From Octopus bimaculoides (Eukaryota), in assembly GCF_001194135.2 (NCBI RefSeq), contig NC_068987.1, positions 98,609,578 to 98,671,265 of the forward strand: a stretch of DNA of 61,688 nucleotides, read 5' to 3'. The position numbers and the translations under genes were made by a program. The notes beneath the pieces were generated by a model, which did not search any database, was not told where the DNA came from, and worked only from the letters and a program-made list of their open reading frames with translations. Below, in pieces: positions 1-13,066 of the stretch. Position 1 is the first letter of the stretch. The number at the start of each line of letters is the position of its first letter.

Positions 1-54
1 TTTTTTTTCTCTGCTTTTTTTTCGACCCCCTCGAAAAGAAAAACTCTACATTTG

Positions 55-100
55 TATTTTGTCCCCTCTGTGTTGAGCCCTGTGTGGCTAATAAAGAAAC

Positions 101-158
<58 letters not shown>
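55..158 (+). mobile_element. Retroposon 3' tail fragment followed by (CTAT)n
   Basis: TTTTGTCCCCTCTGTGTTGAGCCCTGTGTGGCTAATAAAGAAA matches the 3' tail of SINE family A (57747-57790) but has different upstream sequence; ends in a (CTAT)n tract at 101-158. Confidence 0.6.
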
Positions 159-1930
159 GTCGATCGATCTATATGTACAGATATAAATATACATATATAT
201 TCATAGTCAATTTAGACACACATGTGTCAAGAAAGTCTAGATTAAGATACTTTTTCACTCTTTCAACTGCAGTCGACATTATCTAAGTTCAAATCTTATC
301 GGCACATTTGAATTTTCATTTCTCTAGAGTCCTAAGATAAATGCCACCAACACATCGAGGTCACATCCAATTGACTGTACTCGATGACAAAATTCGCTCT
401 TGTATTCAGTTCAAAAGAGTTCTATACCATTTTTCCTATAGGAATGTTTGCCATTTAAAACATTTCATTGGACATAAATAATAGCGGCCCCTTTCCCTTC
501 TCTGTCACCGATCTCATCCCTCATCTCCCTAAATGTTCCTGGATCAGCTTTTGATTATGACTCACTCATCGTAGCATTCTTCAGAGTCGAATGATCGTAG
601 AGTATTGGACCGTTTCACTTCATAGACTCCTTTCATCTCTTTCTCCCGCTGTTTCTCTCTTTCTCCCCTGCTTTCGCTGTCATGTATGCATGTATGTATG
701 CATGTATGTATATATGCATGTATGCATGCATGTATGCATGCATATATGTATGTATGTGTGCGTATAACTATGTATGTATGAATGTATGTATGTATAACTA
801 CGTATGTATGAACGCATATATGTACAAAAATCATACACATAAAATACGTAAATATCTTTTGATATCTACGCGCGCGTGTGTGTGTGTGTGTGCGTGTGTG
901 TGTGTGTGTGTATCCTTATGTGATAGTATTTCTATTGCATTATTGCATTCTGCACACGCACAAATATGCTTGTACACACACTCTAGTTTTCTTCTAAATA
1001 TTTTACTTTTGCTCACGCTGTTTAGTACAAAATTATACACTGTGATCAATACAGTGGTATGGCGCAGTGTGCGTATCCATGTGTATATATCTACGTACAT
1101 ATATACACATATATATGTACGTGTGCGTGTGTATGCCTATCTACAAATGTATTCATGTGTGCATGAAATTATTTATTTGTACATGTGTGTATGTGAGCGT
1201 CTGTGCGTGTTTGGCGAAACGCATATTATTTCTGATTCGTACCTCTAACCCACCTTATACTTCAATTACTAATCTTCAGCGTGTTTTTTGATACCAGGCA
1301 TAATCGTTTCCGTATGTAAAATGTTGAAAATATATGCAGTCTATATTTACATATATATTATGCAAATATACCCATATATACATTCAAGCCCAATTTTTTT
1401 TTTTACGCATTTATATATAAATAAATATGTGCGTTAGTACTTGCATCTATGTGTATTTGTGTGCATATGCATTACGGAGAGTATTTAGTATTTTTTGTTG
1501 ACTTTTTTTGCTAGGCGAATAGCCACATTATTTTATGGTATGTTGTAAGTTCTGTACATTAGCAAAGCAAGTGAAGTGTAACAACATCATTCAACTAAGA
1601 GTTGATTGAAACCGTGTGGCAAACTCCATCTAGTTATTGCTTACTACTAATTTCTCTCTACGAACCCTTGTCATATGTATACACTTAATTTTGATATGTT
1701 CTTGTTATTATTATTGTTGATGCTGTGGGCGGTGTATTGGTAGAATCGTTAGAGCGTTAGAAAAGTTCCCTGGTTCTTTACATTATGACGTTAAACTTGC
1801 CGAAGTCAACTTTGGTTTTCATCCAGTGATGTACCAGTGATGTACTGGTATCTATTCTTCTTCCCTTACATATGCTGGTTTTGAGTTGAAAGCAAGAAAC
1901 TTTATTACTGAACGGTGTGTGTGTGTGTGT

Positions 1931-2148
1931 TATTTCTTTACTACCCACAAGGGGCTACACACAGAGGGGACAAACAAAGACAGACAAACGGATTAAGTCG
2001 ATTATATCGACCCCAGTGCGTAACTGGTACTTATTTAATCGACCCCGAAAGGATGAAAGGCAAAGTCGACCTCGGCGGAATTTGAACTCAGAACGTAGCG
2101 GCAGACGAAATACCGCTAAGCATTTCGCCCGGCGTGCTAACGTTTCTG
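1931..2148 (-). mobile_element. SINE family A, young copy, slightly 5'-truncated
   Basis: Near-identical to copies at 23858, 24075, 54678, 57557; B-box-like GAGTTCAAATTCC, central GTCGACTTTGCCTTTCATCCTTTCGGGGTCGAT block, tail ending AAAGAAATA on the minus strand. Confidence 0.9.
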
Positions 2149-2151
2149 TGT

Positions 2152-2790
2152 GGAGAGTGATCGAATCATTAGGGCATCGCCGAAAATAACTTCGTGCTGG
2201 CAGTTGAAATACCGCCAAGGTCAATTTTGGCTTTCATTCCAGCAGGGTCGAGGAAATAAGATACTTATCAAGTACAGGTGCTAATTTTATCAACTAACTC
2301 ACTTCTTGAAATTTCTGGTTCTGTAATCTATGTTTCAAATAAATATTATTTTAGCTAGGATTGTAGTTTAACATACTCGTTAGAGTACCAGACAAAAAGA
2401 CTTCGAGTATTCAAATCTCACCGAGGTCAGTCTTGAATGGCATCATTTCGAAGCAGAGAAATGAAGTACCAATCAAATACTGATGTTGAATGTAATCGAC
2501 TAAATTTTCCTACAAAAGTTTGGCCTTGTTAGTTTATGAGAAATCATTTATGTTACTGTTATTAGAGTAGTGGTTAAGGTGACAAGCTGACAGACTCGCT
2601 AGAGTATCGGAAAAAATGCCTTGTGGTATTTCTTCCGACTTCACATTCTAAGTTCAAATGCCGGTCAAGTTATTTTTGCCTTTCATCCTTCCGGAGTCGA
2701 AAAAACAAGTACCGGTTGAACACTTGGGACTTTGTAATCGACTAACCCTCTTCTCTTAAAATTGCTGACTTTGTACCAAAATTTAAAGTC
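2152..2790 (+). mobile_element. Three adjacent degenerate SINE A-related copies (about 2152-2302, 2375-2531, 2576-2790)
   Basis: Each retains parts of GTTCAAAT / TTTCATCC / AGTACC / GTAATCGACTAA; two end in the alternative CCTTGT..CAAAATTT-type tail. Confidence 0.65.
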
Positions 2791-3086
2791 ATTTGAAGCC
2801 GTTATTCGAGTAGTGATTGGGAATAAATAATATTTGTTTATTATAAAGGCTATTCCGACTGTGCAGTTCCATTATCAAAGTCGTTCGCGTCATGACCATC
2901 ATATCCTTCTCTCAACTTTGTCAGCATCCCCTTTCTTAAGACGGTAAAGTAAGATATAGTCTGAGAGAGTTTCGATTGCTATTTCCTACAAGTCGAGTGT
3001 CAACATAAAGGCGCATGCGTAATCTTGGTATTTCGCCCGAACTAAAACCGGCCTAATTAATATATGTAACATGACACGTCATCTAC

Positions 3087-3126
<40 letters not shown>

Positions 3127-3708
3127 AAATATAAAAAAGCTCAATTAAAAGCTGATTCGAAATAAAATTGTGTAATATATGGAGCTAGTTAAAACGAGTG
3201 CAATGTTTTAATTGGCACCACAAGACTGCAAGTTAAACGTGTAATTAAAATGACTTTATTAGAACAGAACTATAAAAATGGGATTTTCTTTTTACGTCTT
3301 TTAGGAAAACAAAAATACTCGCGGTAATTATTCACGTCTCATTTCTTTTAGAGTTTTGTGTTAAGGCTTACAATATAGTCTTTCATCGTTCCGAGATCAA
3401 TAAAATAAATACTCGTCAAAGTACAGCGTTCAATAAAATCGATTATAATCCTTTCTTTACAAATGAGAGGTCTGATGGCTTCAAAATGTTCACCATCACC
3501 ACCACCACCACCACCACCACTACCATGTTCATCATCATCGTCATCATCGTCATCATCATCATCATCATCATCACCGTTGTCGTTACTAATATTATTGTGT
3601 GTTGTATTTCATCCTTTTATATTCTCTTCAATGTCTTGGGCCCCTGTGGCCAATAAAAGAAACCATCATCATCATCATTATAATTATTAGTTGTAGTAGT
3701 AGTAGTAA

Positions 3709-3741
<33 letters not shown>

Positions 3742-3783
3742 CAGCAGTAGTAGTAGTAGTAGTAGTGGTAGTAGTAGTAGTAA

Positions 3784-3824
<41 letters not shown>

Positions 3825-3825
3825 T

Positions 3826-4025
3826 TAAGGTGGCAAGCTGGCAGAATCGTTTGCGCATCAGACAAAATACTTAGCAGCAACACTTCCCGCTTTTTGCGCT
3901 CTGAGTTCAAAACCCACTGACGTCACCTTTGCCTTTCATTCTTTCTGGGGTCGATAAGATAAAGTCAAGTATTGAGATCGTGTAATCAACTGTTCTCCTA
4001 CCCTAAATTTCAGGAATTACACCCA
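3826..4025 (+). mobile_element. Degenerate SINE A-related copy
   Basis: AAGGTGGCAAGCTGGCAGAATCGTT head, CTGAGTTCAAAAC B-box, CTTTGCCTTTCATTCTTTCTGGGGTCGATAA core. Confidence 0.75.
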
Positions 4026-4155
4026 CCATATATGAAACAGTTACATTCAGAAATCTTATTTTTATTTCTTTGCGTATTACCGATCGCAGCTCTGGGGGCT
4101 GTGGGTATATACAATGTTTCGTTCAGCTTTTGTATGTTCTAATGCATTGAAGGTA

Positions 4156-4440
4156 AAAAAAAAAATAAAAAATAAAAATAAGACAAAAGAGATCCTTCGG
4201 TCACGAATGATCATGAGATTGCACCGAGGCATTTGTCCGGGCAATGCTTATGTATGACCAGCATTCACCCATGCATACCAGCCTCTCCTCTCCGCGCCGT
4301 CGATGTTGTCGAAGAGAATGGCAAAGACCGATACAGCGACACTAGTGACATCGCAACTCATTTCTACAGCTGAGTGAACATAACCTGCAACATCTCGATT
4401 GTAAGTCGAACACTCTAACCACTAAGCCAAGTCTCTTCAC
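4156..4440 (-). mobile_element. tRNA-headed SINE family F with 13-bp TSD
   Basis: Direct repeat TGCATTGAAGGTA at 4143-4155 and 4441-4453; minus strand begins GTGAAGAGACTTGGCTTAGTGGTTAGAG (A-box TGGCTTAGTGG) and ends in a T-rich tail. Confidence 0.8.
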
Positions 4441-4774
4441 TGCATTGAAGGTACTCTATGCAATAAATATGTTGCGCCCATTGTTTCAATTTTTTGGTTG
4501 CTGTGTATATATGTAAGTGTTATGTCTTGGGTCATACATTTCTTTGTACATTTATTCATTCAGTCATAAGAAACCTAATATTATTAGGTTTGTTTCTGTT
4601 TTCAGATACCACATTATGGTTAACTTTAATACCAGACCTCTTTATATTTGGATAATTGCTCCATTTCTTCTAAGAGATATCTTATCACATTTTGGGAGGT
4701 GATATATCAATTAGGTGGCTATTCGTTTCCTGCTGTCCTTGAAAACAATATCCGGTCGACTATTAATAGTAGCT

Positions 4775-4826
<52 letters not shown>

Positions 4827-4860
4827 CAGCAGCAGCAGCAACAGGTGCAGCAGTACTAGT

Positions 4861-4891
<31 letters not shown>

Positions 4892-5751
4892 TGCAGCGAC
4901 AGCAATAGTAGTAATGGAAGAAATAAACGTAGTAGTAGCAGTAGTAGTAATAGCGGCAGCGGTAGTAGTAGTAGTAGTAGTAGTAGTAATTCATGCCTGA
5001 ACCCTTTCACGTACATTTTTAAAGAATTTAAACTTCAAAAGGTAAATTATAATCAAGGTTTTTGTGTGTGTTAGGCTATGACTGGCACTTTGCGAATGCT
5101 AGGTTTCAAGTCTCTCAATAAAATACCTTTAACCACAGGAATGACAACTATGATAATGTGACTGATGTGCTCTGGCTGCGTTGGATCACTGAAATTCTAC
5201 AGCAGATATATGGTTGTTAGGAGTTTATGGCCCTTTTCAGAGTTCAACAAATCAATAATTTTCGATTTATCGGTAAAGTAAATAGAAATTTGGGTCATTC
5301 GTGTCCTGTCCAATAGAATTTTAAAAAGTATGTTGTTGTTTTCGTTCTTGCTAGGTCTGCTTCTCACCGATCGAATCCTGATAGAGCAGAGTTATAATCA
5401 ATGGCATTCCAACCATGTGAACTGCCGTCTTTTTCGATACGATTTCTTTCATACTAAACAGGTTAAATCATCGAATATATCCATCGCTGTTCTGAAAGGA
5501 ATTCAGTTGTGATTTGAGACATACGTGGCCTGCTATTTCGAGCATGTCGAATAGTCACGTTGAGACTTTCTTACTGGAATGATTTCAGATGTGAGCTAGA
5601 ATCCCAAAGTGCTTTTCTGTTTCCCTCATCTTGTTTTTCTTTTTTTCTTTTTTTTTTTTTTGCTTTCATCGAATTGGACAATGAATATTTTTGTTGTTTG
5701 ATTAACTAAACTTACTTGGTAAAATTATAAGTGGTTGCCTATCCCAAAGTC

Positions 5752-6134
5752 GTGGAGGCGCAATGGCCCAGTGGTTAGGGCAGTGGACTCGCGGTCATAG
5801 GATAGTGGTTTCGATTCCCAGACCGGGCGTGGTGAGTGTTTATTGAGCGAAAGCACCTAAAGTTCCACGAGGCTCCGGCAGGGGATGGTGGCGAACCCTG
5901 CTGTACTCTTTCACCACAACTTTCTCTCACTCTTACTTCCTGTTTCTTTTGTGCCTGTAATTCAAAAGAGTCAGCCTTGTCACATTGTGTCACGCTGAAT
6001 ATCCCCGAGAACTACGTTAAGGGTACACGTATCTGTGGAGTGCTCAGCCACTTGCACGTTAATTTCACAAGCAGGCTGTTCCGTTGATCGGATCAACTGG
6101 AACCCTCGACGTCGTAAGCGACGGAGTGCCAACA
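5752..6134 (+). mobile_element. SINE family B, full length, 11-bp TSD
   Basis: A-box TGGCCCAGTGG, B-box GTTTCGATTCC, ends GGAGTGCCAACA; TSD ATCCCAAAGTC at 5741-5751 and 6135-6145; paralogues at 28986-29368 and 39082-39553. Confidence 0.92.
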
Positions 6135-7567
6135 ATCCCAAAGTCACTTTCAAACTTAATCCGCATAACGAATTAGTGTATTATGGCTGAGCCTTTAAAT
6201 TACAAGTTCAAATACATCCCATTTAGCGTGCTCCAACCTAATTTCGCCCTCAGAATTTGGTGGGGGCAACACAAGGCAGGGATAAAAAGAACTTGTCAAG
6301 ATGCCGAAGCAGTGGAGTTGAATTAAACCAAGTTGCTAACCTCTCGTCGATAACGCTAGGCTCACCTACACATTGAGCATAATGGCTTTCTTTTATTAAA
6401 TAAGAAGAGACATGCGATTGTGAAGTCACTTGAATACGGCTTTCTCATCTTTATGCCGAACTCTAAAGCAATTGGGTTCTCAAGTAAAGTAATACAGCTT
6501 CAATCGGAAGCAAACATTTTGTAGAGACAGACAATTGTAAGCATATCTCTTAGTGTACGATACTAGAGCTCAAATTAAATAAACTAGAGTTACCGAAAGA
6601 TTTTAGATGTCTGTCTGAGTCCATAGATGAAGTGGTCAGGGTTCAGAAATTTATTGATGACCTAATGTAAAGAGTTTATTCGTCAATATCCAATTAACTG
6701 CTTTGCCGCTTAATTAGATGATTCTACGGGTCAGTAACATTAACTAGATAATGGGCACGGCAGATTCTATTGGGTAATTATCGGAGATCTGCAGTACAGT
6801 GACTGGCAGCATCACTGTTGATGGTGGCGATGTTATTGTTGCAGTTGTTGCTGATGATGATGATGATGAGGAGGAGGAGGAGGAGGAAGACGATGGTGGT
6901 GCAAGTAGTGATGGTGTACAATCATGCAAAATACGAAAATGTATGTATGTGTGTATGTATGCATGTGTTTGTCTGCCTGCTTTTCTGTCTGTCTGTCTGT
7001 CTGTATGCATCTATCTATCTTCTTATCTCTCTGTCACTCTCACCCTGTCTTTTTTCTCGCTTTCTATGTCTATAGATTTACATGCATACGTGCATACTCC
7101 CCACACATATGGGAATACACACATGCATGGACAACCACATATATATGCACGTAATTATATAGTCGTGTAACTACGTGTTTTTATTTATATGTATATCTAT
7201 ATATGTACAAACACAGAAGAGGTAATTTCTGGCTAAATTGCAATGTATACAAATGTAATACTAGAAAACTATTACATATGGCAATACAAATTCCAAGGGT
7301 GGCAAATAAATAAATAATTATGAAATTTAAAAAAAAAAAAAAATACGAAGTACATTGATTTTTAAGCAACTAAGCTATGTTTTATTACCACTAAACGTCA
7401 TTCTGGTTGAAAAATCTAAAAATATGAATTAAGTAGTCAATATCGAACTATAACCATGGATACTAGACAATTAATGGGTCACCCCGTTAGATCTTTCACT
7501 CTCTCTCTCCCTCTCTCTTTGTTTTTCATTCTCTGCCTTTCTCTCTATCTGTCGATCTAACTATATA

Positions 7568-7607
<40 letters not shown>

Positions 7608-7643
7608 TTTCACGTATGTGAATATATATATGTGTGTGTGTGT

Positions 7644-7729
<86 letters not shown>

Positions 7730-7870
7730 TAAAAAATTTCACACGAGAACAAGGAAATATACGGAAAAACGAAATTGTTACTGAAACAGAGGTGCACAAA
7801 ACTGATCCCTTCATCAGTTGATAATTGTAAAACATTGCTATTTCGGTACCTTAGACTCTCTCTCACACAC

Positions 7871-7926
<56 letters not shown>

Positions 7927-8651
7927 TGTATCTAGCTATCTGTGTCTGCCTGTCTGTATGTGGCTGTCTGTCTGTATGTCTGTTCTCTTCTATGTACCTT
8001 TCCATTCAGAAGCAGCAAGCGATAAATTCTCTCGTATGTATGTTTCGGGTTGTTCTCTGTCTAACTCTAACGCCATTACCCGCTTACTTTTAAGATATAT
8101 GATATTTTTTATATTATAAAGATGAAAACGACACACTACTTATACTTTATTGTAATTAATAAGAAAAACTAATAAACCATATGAAGAGTTTATGTGACTA
8201 AGAGGGCGCGTTCAAAATAGATAATAATTGCTTAATTTTATTATGTATGTGTAAAAAGCTAAAAATAAAAGATTTTGCAATTTGATAATATCGAGACACA
8301 CCTGTCTTATTTCAGAAAACACTGAAATGTCGCGACTCATAGATTGGAAACAGTAAGATAAGGTGAAGACGTCATCTCTTTAATTCAATACATTCGTGTA
8401 AACATTAAAGTGTTTATGTCAACATTACCAATGTTTATGCATTTATAGATAAATATTCGGTAATTTTTCCTTCTTAGCACGCGTACACTCTCTCACATAC
8501 ACATACACTCATGCACACACACCTACCTGTACATACACAAATACATGTGCACACAAACACGTACACACATATATGATATATATGTGTGTGTATGTAGATG
8601 TGTGATATATATGATATATATATACGGGTGTGTGTTTGTGTATGTGATATA

Positions 8652-8687
<36 letters not shown>

Positions 8688-8694
<7 letters not shown>

Positions 8695-8761
8695 TCGCCA
8701 AGCCAACACGGCAGTCCCAAAATTAGGACGAAAGCTGCCGTGTTGGCTTGGCGATAACTAT
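8688..8761. repeat. Perfect 27-bp inverted repeat with a 20-nt loop containing hammerhead stem II + GAAA
   Basis: Arms 8688-8714 (ATAGTTATCGCCAAGCCAACACGGCAG) and 8735-8761 are exact reverse complements; GTCC-CAAAATTA-GGAC-GAAA at 8714-8733. Confidence 0.9.
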
Positions 8762-8815
8762 TAATTTCCAGTACCGCTGCCGTAGTCTCCTTTAGAGAGA
8801 CTTAGAAATATTAAT

Positions 8816-8870
<55 letters not shown>

Positions 8871-8872
8871 AT

Positions 8873-9135
8873 GGACTCTCCCGTTGTGGACGACGTATGA
8901 CCGTTCAACACAAATGATTTGTTGTTAATGATCAAATGTATGTGGCATACGTTAGCCCACTCCCTCAATCAAATCAACGTTGCTTGAATAGGTGCGCGTT
9001 GTGCTTCTCATTAGGTGTCGAAGTGATCCCAGAGCAACGTGCTGAAAACACAACGCACCGCCCGGTCTAGGAATTGAAGTCACGATCTCGCGATCGTGAA
9101 TGCAACACCCTAACCACTAGGCCACGTGCCCTCAC
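8873..9135 (-). mobile_element. Degenerate tRNA-headed SINE (family B/C-like head)
   Basis: Minus strand starts TGTGAGGGCACGTGGCCTAGTGGTTAGGGTGTTGCATTCACGATCGCGAGATCGTG..TTCAATTCCTAGACCGGGCG. Confidence 0.7.
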
Positions 9136-9749
9136 ATATATATCCGGTTTTTTACTATAACCCCGGAAAGATTCAGAATTGTTTTCGGACAAAAGTAAAG
9201 TAATTATATGTCTGTGCATTTATCTAGTAGAAGTCAAGTTTGCTATTTTCTTTTTTCTAGCTACGTAATAGGTGCTTTTCAATGTATTTGTATTTGACGA
9301 ATGCCTCAGATTTTATGCTGTAACACAAACGTTGGTTACGGCATGTTTTGGGGGATCACCTTCCCTTTTCTTTGCTCAATTAACACCGCATTTTTCTACT
9401 TTTGTAAGCTTAAAATATTTATTGCGCAATCTGAATATTTAACTTTAAGTTTCCGTAAGTAGTTTGCTAAATTTGTTGTTGCATTTTTTTATCTGTATGT
9501 TCAATAGGAAGCCTTTCCTTAAAATTTCTTCTATTTTGCCAATATACATCTGTGTCACCTCAAAATTGAGTTCTACATATTTATGACATCTGTATCATAA
9601 TTTATATTTCATGTTACATAATAAATTGCGTTGGGGGGCATTTATTATGCGGTTTATTTTATCTTCGTGTATCCTTATAGTCTTTCTTTAATCTTTCGTT
9701 CTTTCTTGCCTACTTACCATTTTCTTGATGTATTCCTTGTACGGAAAAT

Positions 9750-9784
<35 letters not shown>

Positions 9785-9876
9785 TTTATGTACGTATATG
9801 TATGTATATCATATATCATATCACACTGGGGAACGAGAAAGACAGGAGGAAGAACAGACGAGAGGGAGGGAGAGAA

Positions 9877-9970
<94 letters not shown>

Positions 9971-10999
9971 TCTCATGCAGCTACGCAGATGGATATATAA
10001 ACAGAAATGTAGACGTACATGCAAACAGCAACAGACATAAAATATATAGAATCTATTAAACGAATCTTGGAGCCGGAGCTATTGGCGATACTTCGTTTTA
10101 TTCTGATAGTTCTTAACGATTTGTTTCAAGCTGAAATTAGATACGCCACTCACTCACTGTTAGTGTTTTTTGTAGTTGTCATTGTACTTGTCAGCCCGGA
10201 TACAGCAAACCTTTTGATCAAAACCATCCATTTCTATGGTCAATCTCGTCTTTTTCGTATGTGCAGCGAACCCCAAAATTTATTGACCACTGTGACCCGT
10301 CTTAAAACAGTCGATTATATTTTGAGGAAGATTTGACTGCTATTTTACACAGGGTGGGCATCCCCACTTAGAATCTCCACATTGTGATTTTCTCTTGGTA
10401 AGATTCATAAAAGGCGACACAGAAATAGATAGACGGATAAAAAGATAGATACATATAAAGATCGTTATAAAAAAAAAACACCCAGTAAACATGAAAGGGA
10501 CTTAATATAACAAATTTAATTTAAAACGTTCAGACGGTTCTTAACAGTAAGAGGGACATTCTCACATGAACAAACCTCCTTCATTCTTTTTTCTTGTGGC
10601 CTTCAATTCTTTTTGTCAGTCTTTCCATACTCTTAACTTAATCCTAATTCTTTTATTTCTTCATTTCTTGTTTCTCTTTCATCTTTCTTCCCCTTCCCTT
10701 CCATCGTTATCCCCCACAATACTCTCTCACATACATTACACAGTCACTCATTCTCCTCTTGCCTACACCACTGCACATTTCTTCAACCCTTTCCATCGCC
10801 ATAACAGAACACAGATTTGCTCACATTCCGAACGGATCCTACTAACCCCACCCATAAACATGAGCATACACACATTCACGCGTACACACATAAAGATTAA
10901 CCTACATACGGCGACACATATACACACTAAAACAGGCCTAAATCTTTATTCGTCTTCATATACATGTTCGCTTGGACAAATACACTGAGAAATATGCAT

Positions 11000-11632
11000 G
11001 CACACTTACATACAAGCATCTATGCATTGACATACATAAACACATGCATATAAACGCCTTAGCACGCGCACACACACAGTCTCACTTATATACATAAACA
11101 CATACACGTACATATATAAGCTTACATTCAAATATACATGTTGACACGCATTTATTCACATAAATGATCAAATACACAAACAGATGTAAAACCCACACAT
11201 ATGGACGCATATATATCTGAACACAAATACACGTGTAAATACACTCAACATACACACAAACATGCATAGGTTCACAGACACACACATACACATACAAAGG
11301 CACACACATACACACACAGACACGCACATACACACAGACAGGCAGACACATACACACAAGCAAAGATACACACAGACCCAGACAGACAGACAGACACACA
11401 CACAAATACAGACACACACAGATACATAAACCCACAGACCGATACACATAGACACACACAAACACCGACACAGACAGATAGACAGACACACACACAAAAA
11501 CAGACACACGCACAAACACACACAACCATGCAGACAGACAGACAGACACACACACACAGACAGACACACATACACACACAGACAGACACAGACAGACAGA
11601 CACACTAACACATACACACATACACATAGACA
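11000..11632. repeat. Complex degenerate (CA)/(CAGA) microsatellite
   Basis: Interleaved ACAC, ACAG and ATAC units; source of the spurious CV-rich ORFs. Confidence 0.9.
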
Positions 11633-12106
11633 TTTAACCTGCTATCCCGCAGCTTAACTCTGTTTTCTAATTTATTGCTTACGGTCCAGTAGAAGAGCCC
11701 TTATTTTGATACAGAACCTGCTAAAAATTGCTGTCAAATACCAGTAATAACACGCTACAGTCTTTACAACGGTATGAAGATAACTAAAGCGTAATCTCAA
11801 ATAACAAAAAAACAAAAACGGGATGGTCACGATTGTAACACCATTGAGCATAGATCTGTCTCATAAGAGCTGAGCCTTGTGCTAAATACCGACTCCTTTA
11901 AAAAACCTCCCCGCTCTTCATCTTCAACGGCTGATATTTACCCCTCACCGTTCCCTTACTTCTCACTGCCTCTTGCTATGCCCTTCCTTAAATCATAATT
12001 CTGACGTCAAAACTGCCTAATGTACCCCTTACTTACCCTTACAGTACAGCCTCGTTTGCTCGCCGTCTTTCTTTATTCTCTACTACTGCACACACCACGT
12101 TAGACG

Positions 12107-12395
12107 AGTAGTAGTAGTAGTAGTGGTATCAGCAGTAGTAGAAGTAGTAGTAGTAGTCGTAGTAGTAGTAGTGGTATCAGCAGTAGTAGAAGTAGTAGTA
12201 GTAGTAGTGGGATAGTGGTAGCAGCGGTAGTGGTAGTAGTAGTAGTAGGATAGTGGTAGCAGCGGTAGTGATAGTATTAGTAGTAGTAGTAGTAGTAGCA
12301 CTGACAGCAGCAGCTGTAGTGGTGGTAGTGGTAGTAGCAGTAGTAGTAGTGGCGGTGGTGGTAGTGGTGGTGTAGGTAATAATAGTAGTTGTAAT
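12107..12395. repeat. (AGT/GGT)n trinucleotide tract with internal higher-order duplications
   Basis: GTGGTATCAGCAGTAGTAGAAGTAGTAG and GATAGTGGTAGCAGCGGTAGTG each occur twice. Confidence 0.85.
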
Positions 12396-12656
12396 GGCGT
12401 TGGTGGTGTTGGCAGTTCTTTGTTTTGCCTTTTGTTTCCAAAGAATTAACGGGCAAGTCTTCAGCGTCGTCTGTTGTCGTCTAATGACGTTCTCAGCATT
12501 GACTTTCGCGTCCGTCTGCTTGACTTTCATAAACACGCACCACAGAGCCGCTCACATTCACACAGATATGCACACAGGAACAAGCATACACAATTATGCC
12601 CATACGCGCACACACACAAGTATACGTGTAAAAAAACAATGTTCAATAATCTTTTC

Positions 12657-12865
12657 TTCTCAAGCTACAAGGCCCGAAATTTTAGGGGAGGGGGCCAGTC
12701 GATTAGGTCGAGACCAGTACGCAACTGGTACTTAATTTATCGATCCCGAAAGGATGAAAGGCAAAGTCGACCTCTGCGGAATTTGAACTCAGAACGTAAA
12801 CACAGACGAAATACTGCTAAGCATTTTGCCCAGCGGGCTAACGTTTCTGCCAGCCCGCCGCCTTC
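12657..12865 (-). mobile_element. SINE A-related copy with 20-bp TSD, inserted at the tail of a second copy
   Basis: CAATGTTCAATAATCTTTTC (12637-12656) vs CAATGCTCAATAATCTTTTC (12866-12885), one mismatch. Confidence 0.85.
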
Positions 12866-12885
12866 CAATGCTCAATAATCTTTTC

Positions 12886-13066
12886 AACTCTGGACACAAG
12901 GCCCGAATTTTTTTTTTTTGGGGGGGGGGTAACCAGTCGATTAGATTTACACCGGTACGCAACTGGTACTTAATTTATCGATGCCGAAAGGATGAAAGAC
13001 AAGAGAGACGAAATACCGCTAAGCATTTTGCCGGGTGTGCTAGCGTTTTTACCAGCTCACCGCCTT
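12886..13066 (-). mobile_element. SINE A-related copy with internal deletion
   Basis: Same head and core as the neighbour; GCAAAGTCGACC..CAGAACGT segment missing after GATGAAAGAC. Confidence 0.85.

Noticed and set aside
5752-5830. tRNA gene (also 29295-29368, 39082-39160, 9060-9135, 4400-4440)
   Set aside because: A/B boxes are present but there is no acceptor-stem closure or terminator; each continues into a repeated SINE body, several with TSDs.
8199-8225. Mariner-like TIR TAAGAGGGCGCGTTCAAAAT
   Set aside because: No matching opposite end or transposase remnant nearby.
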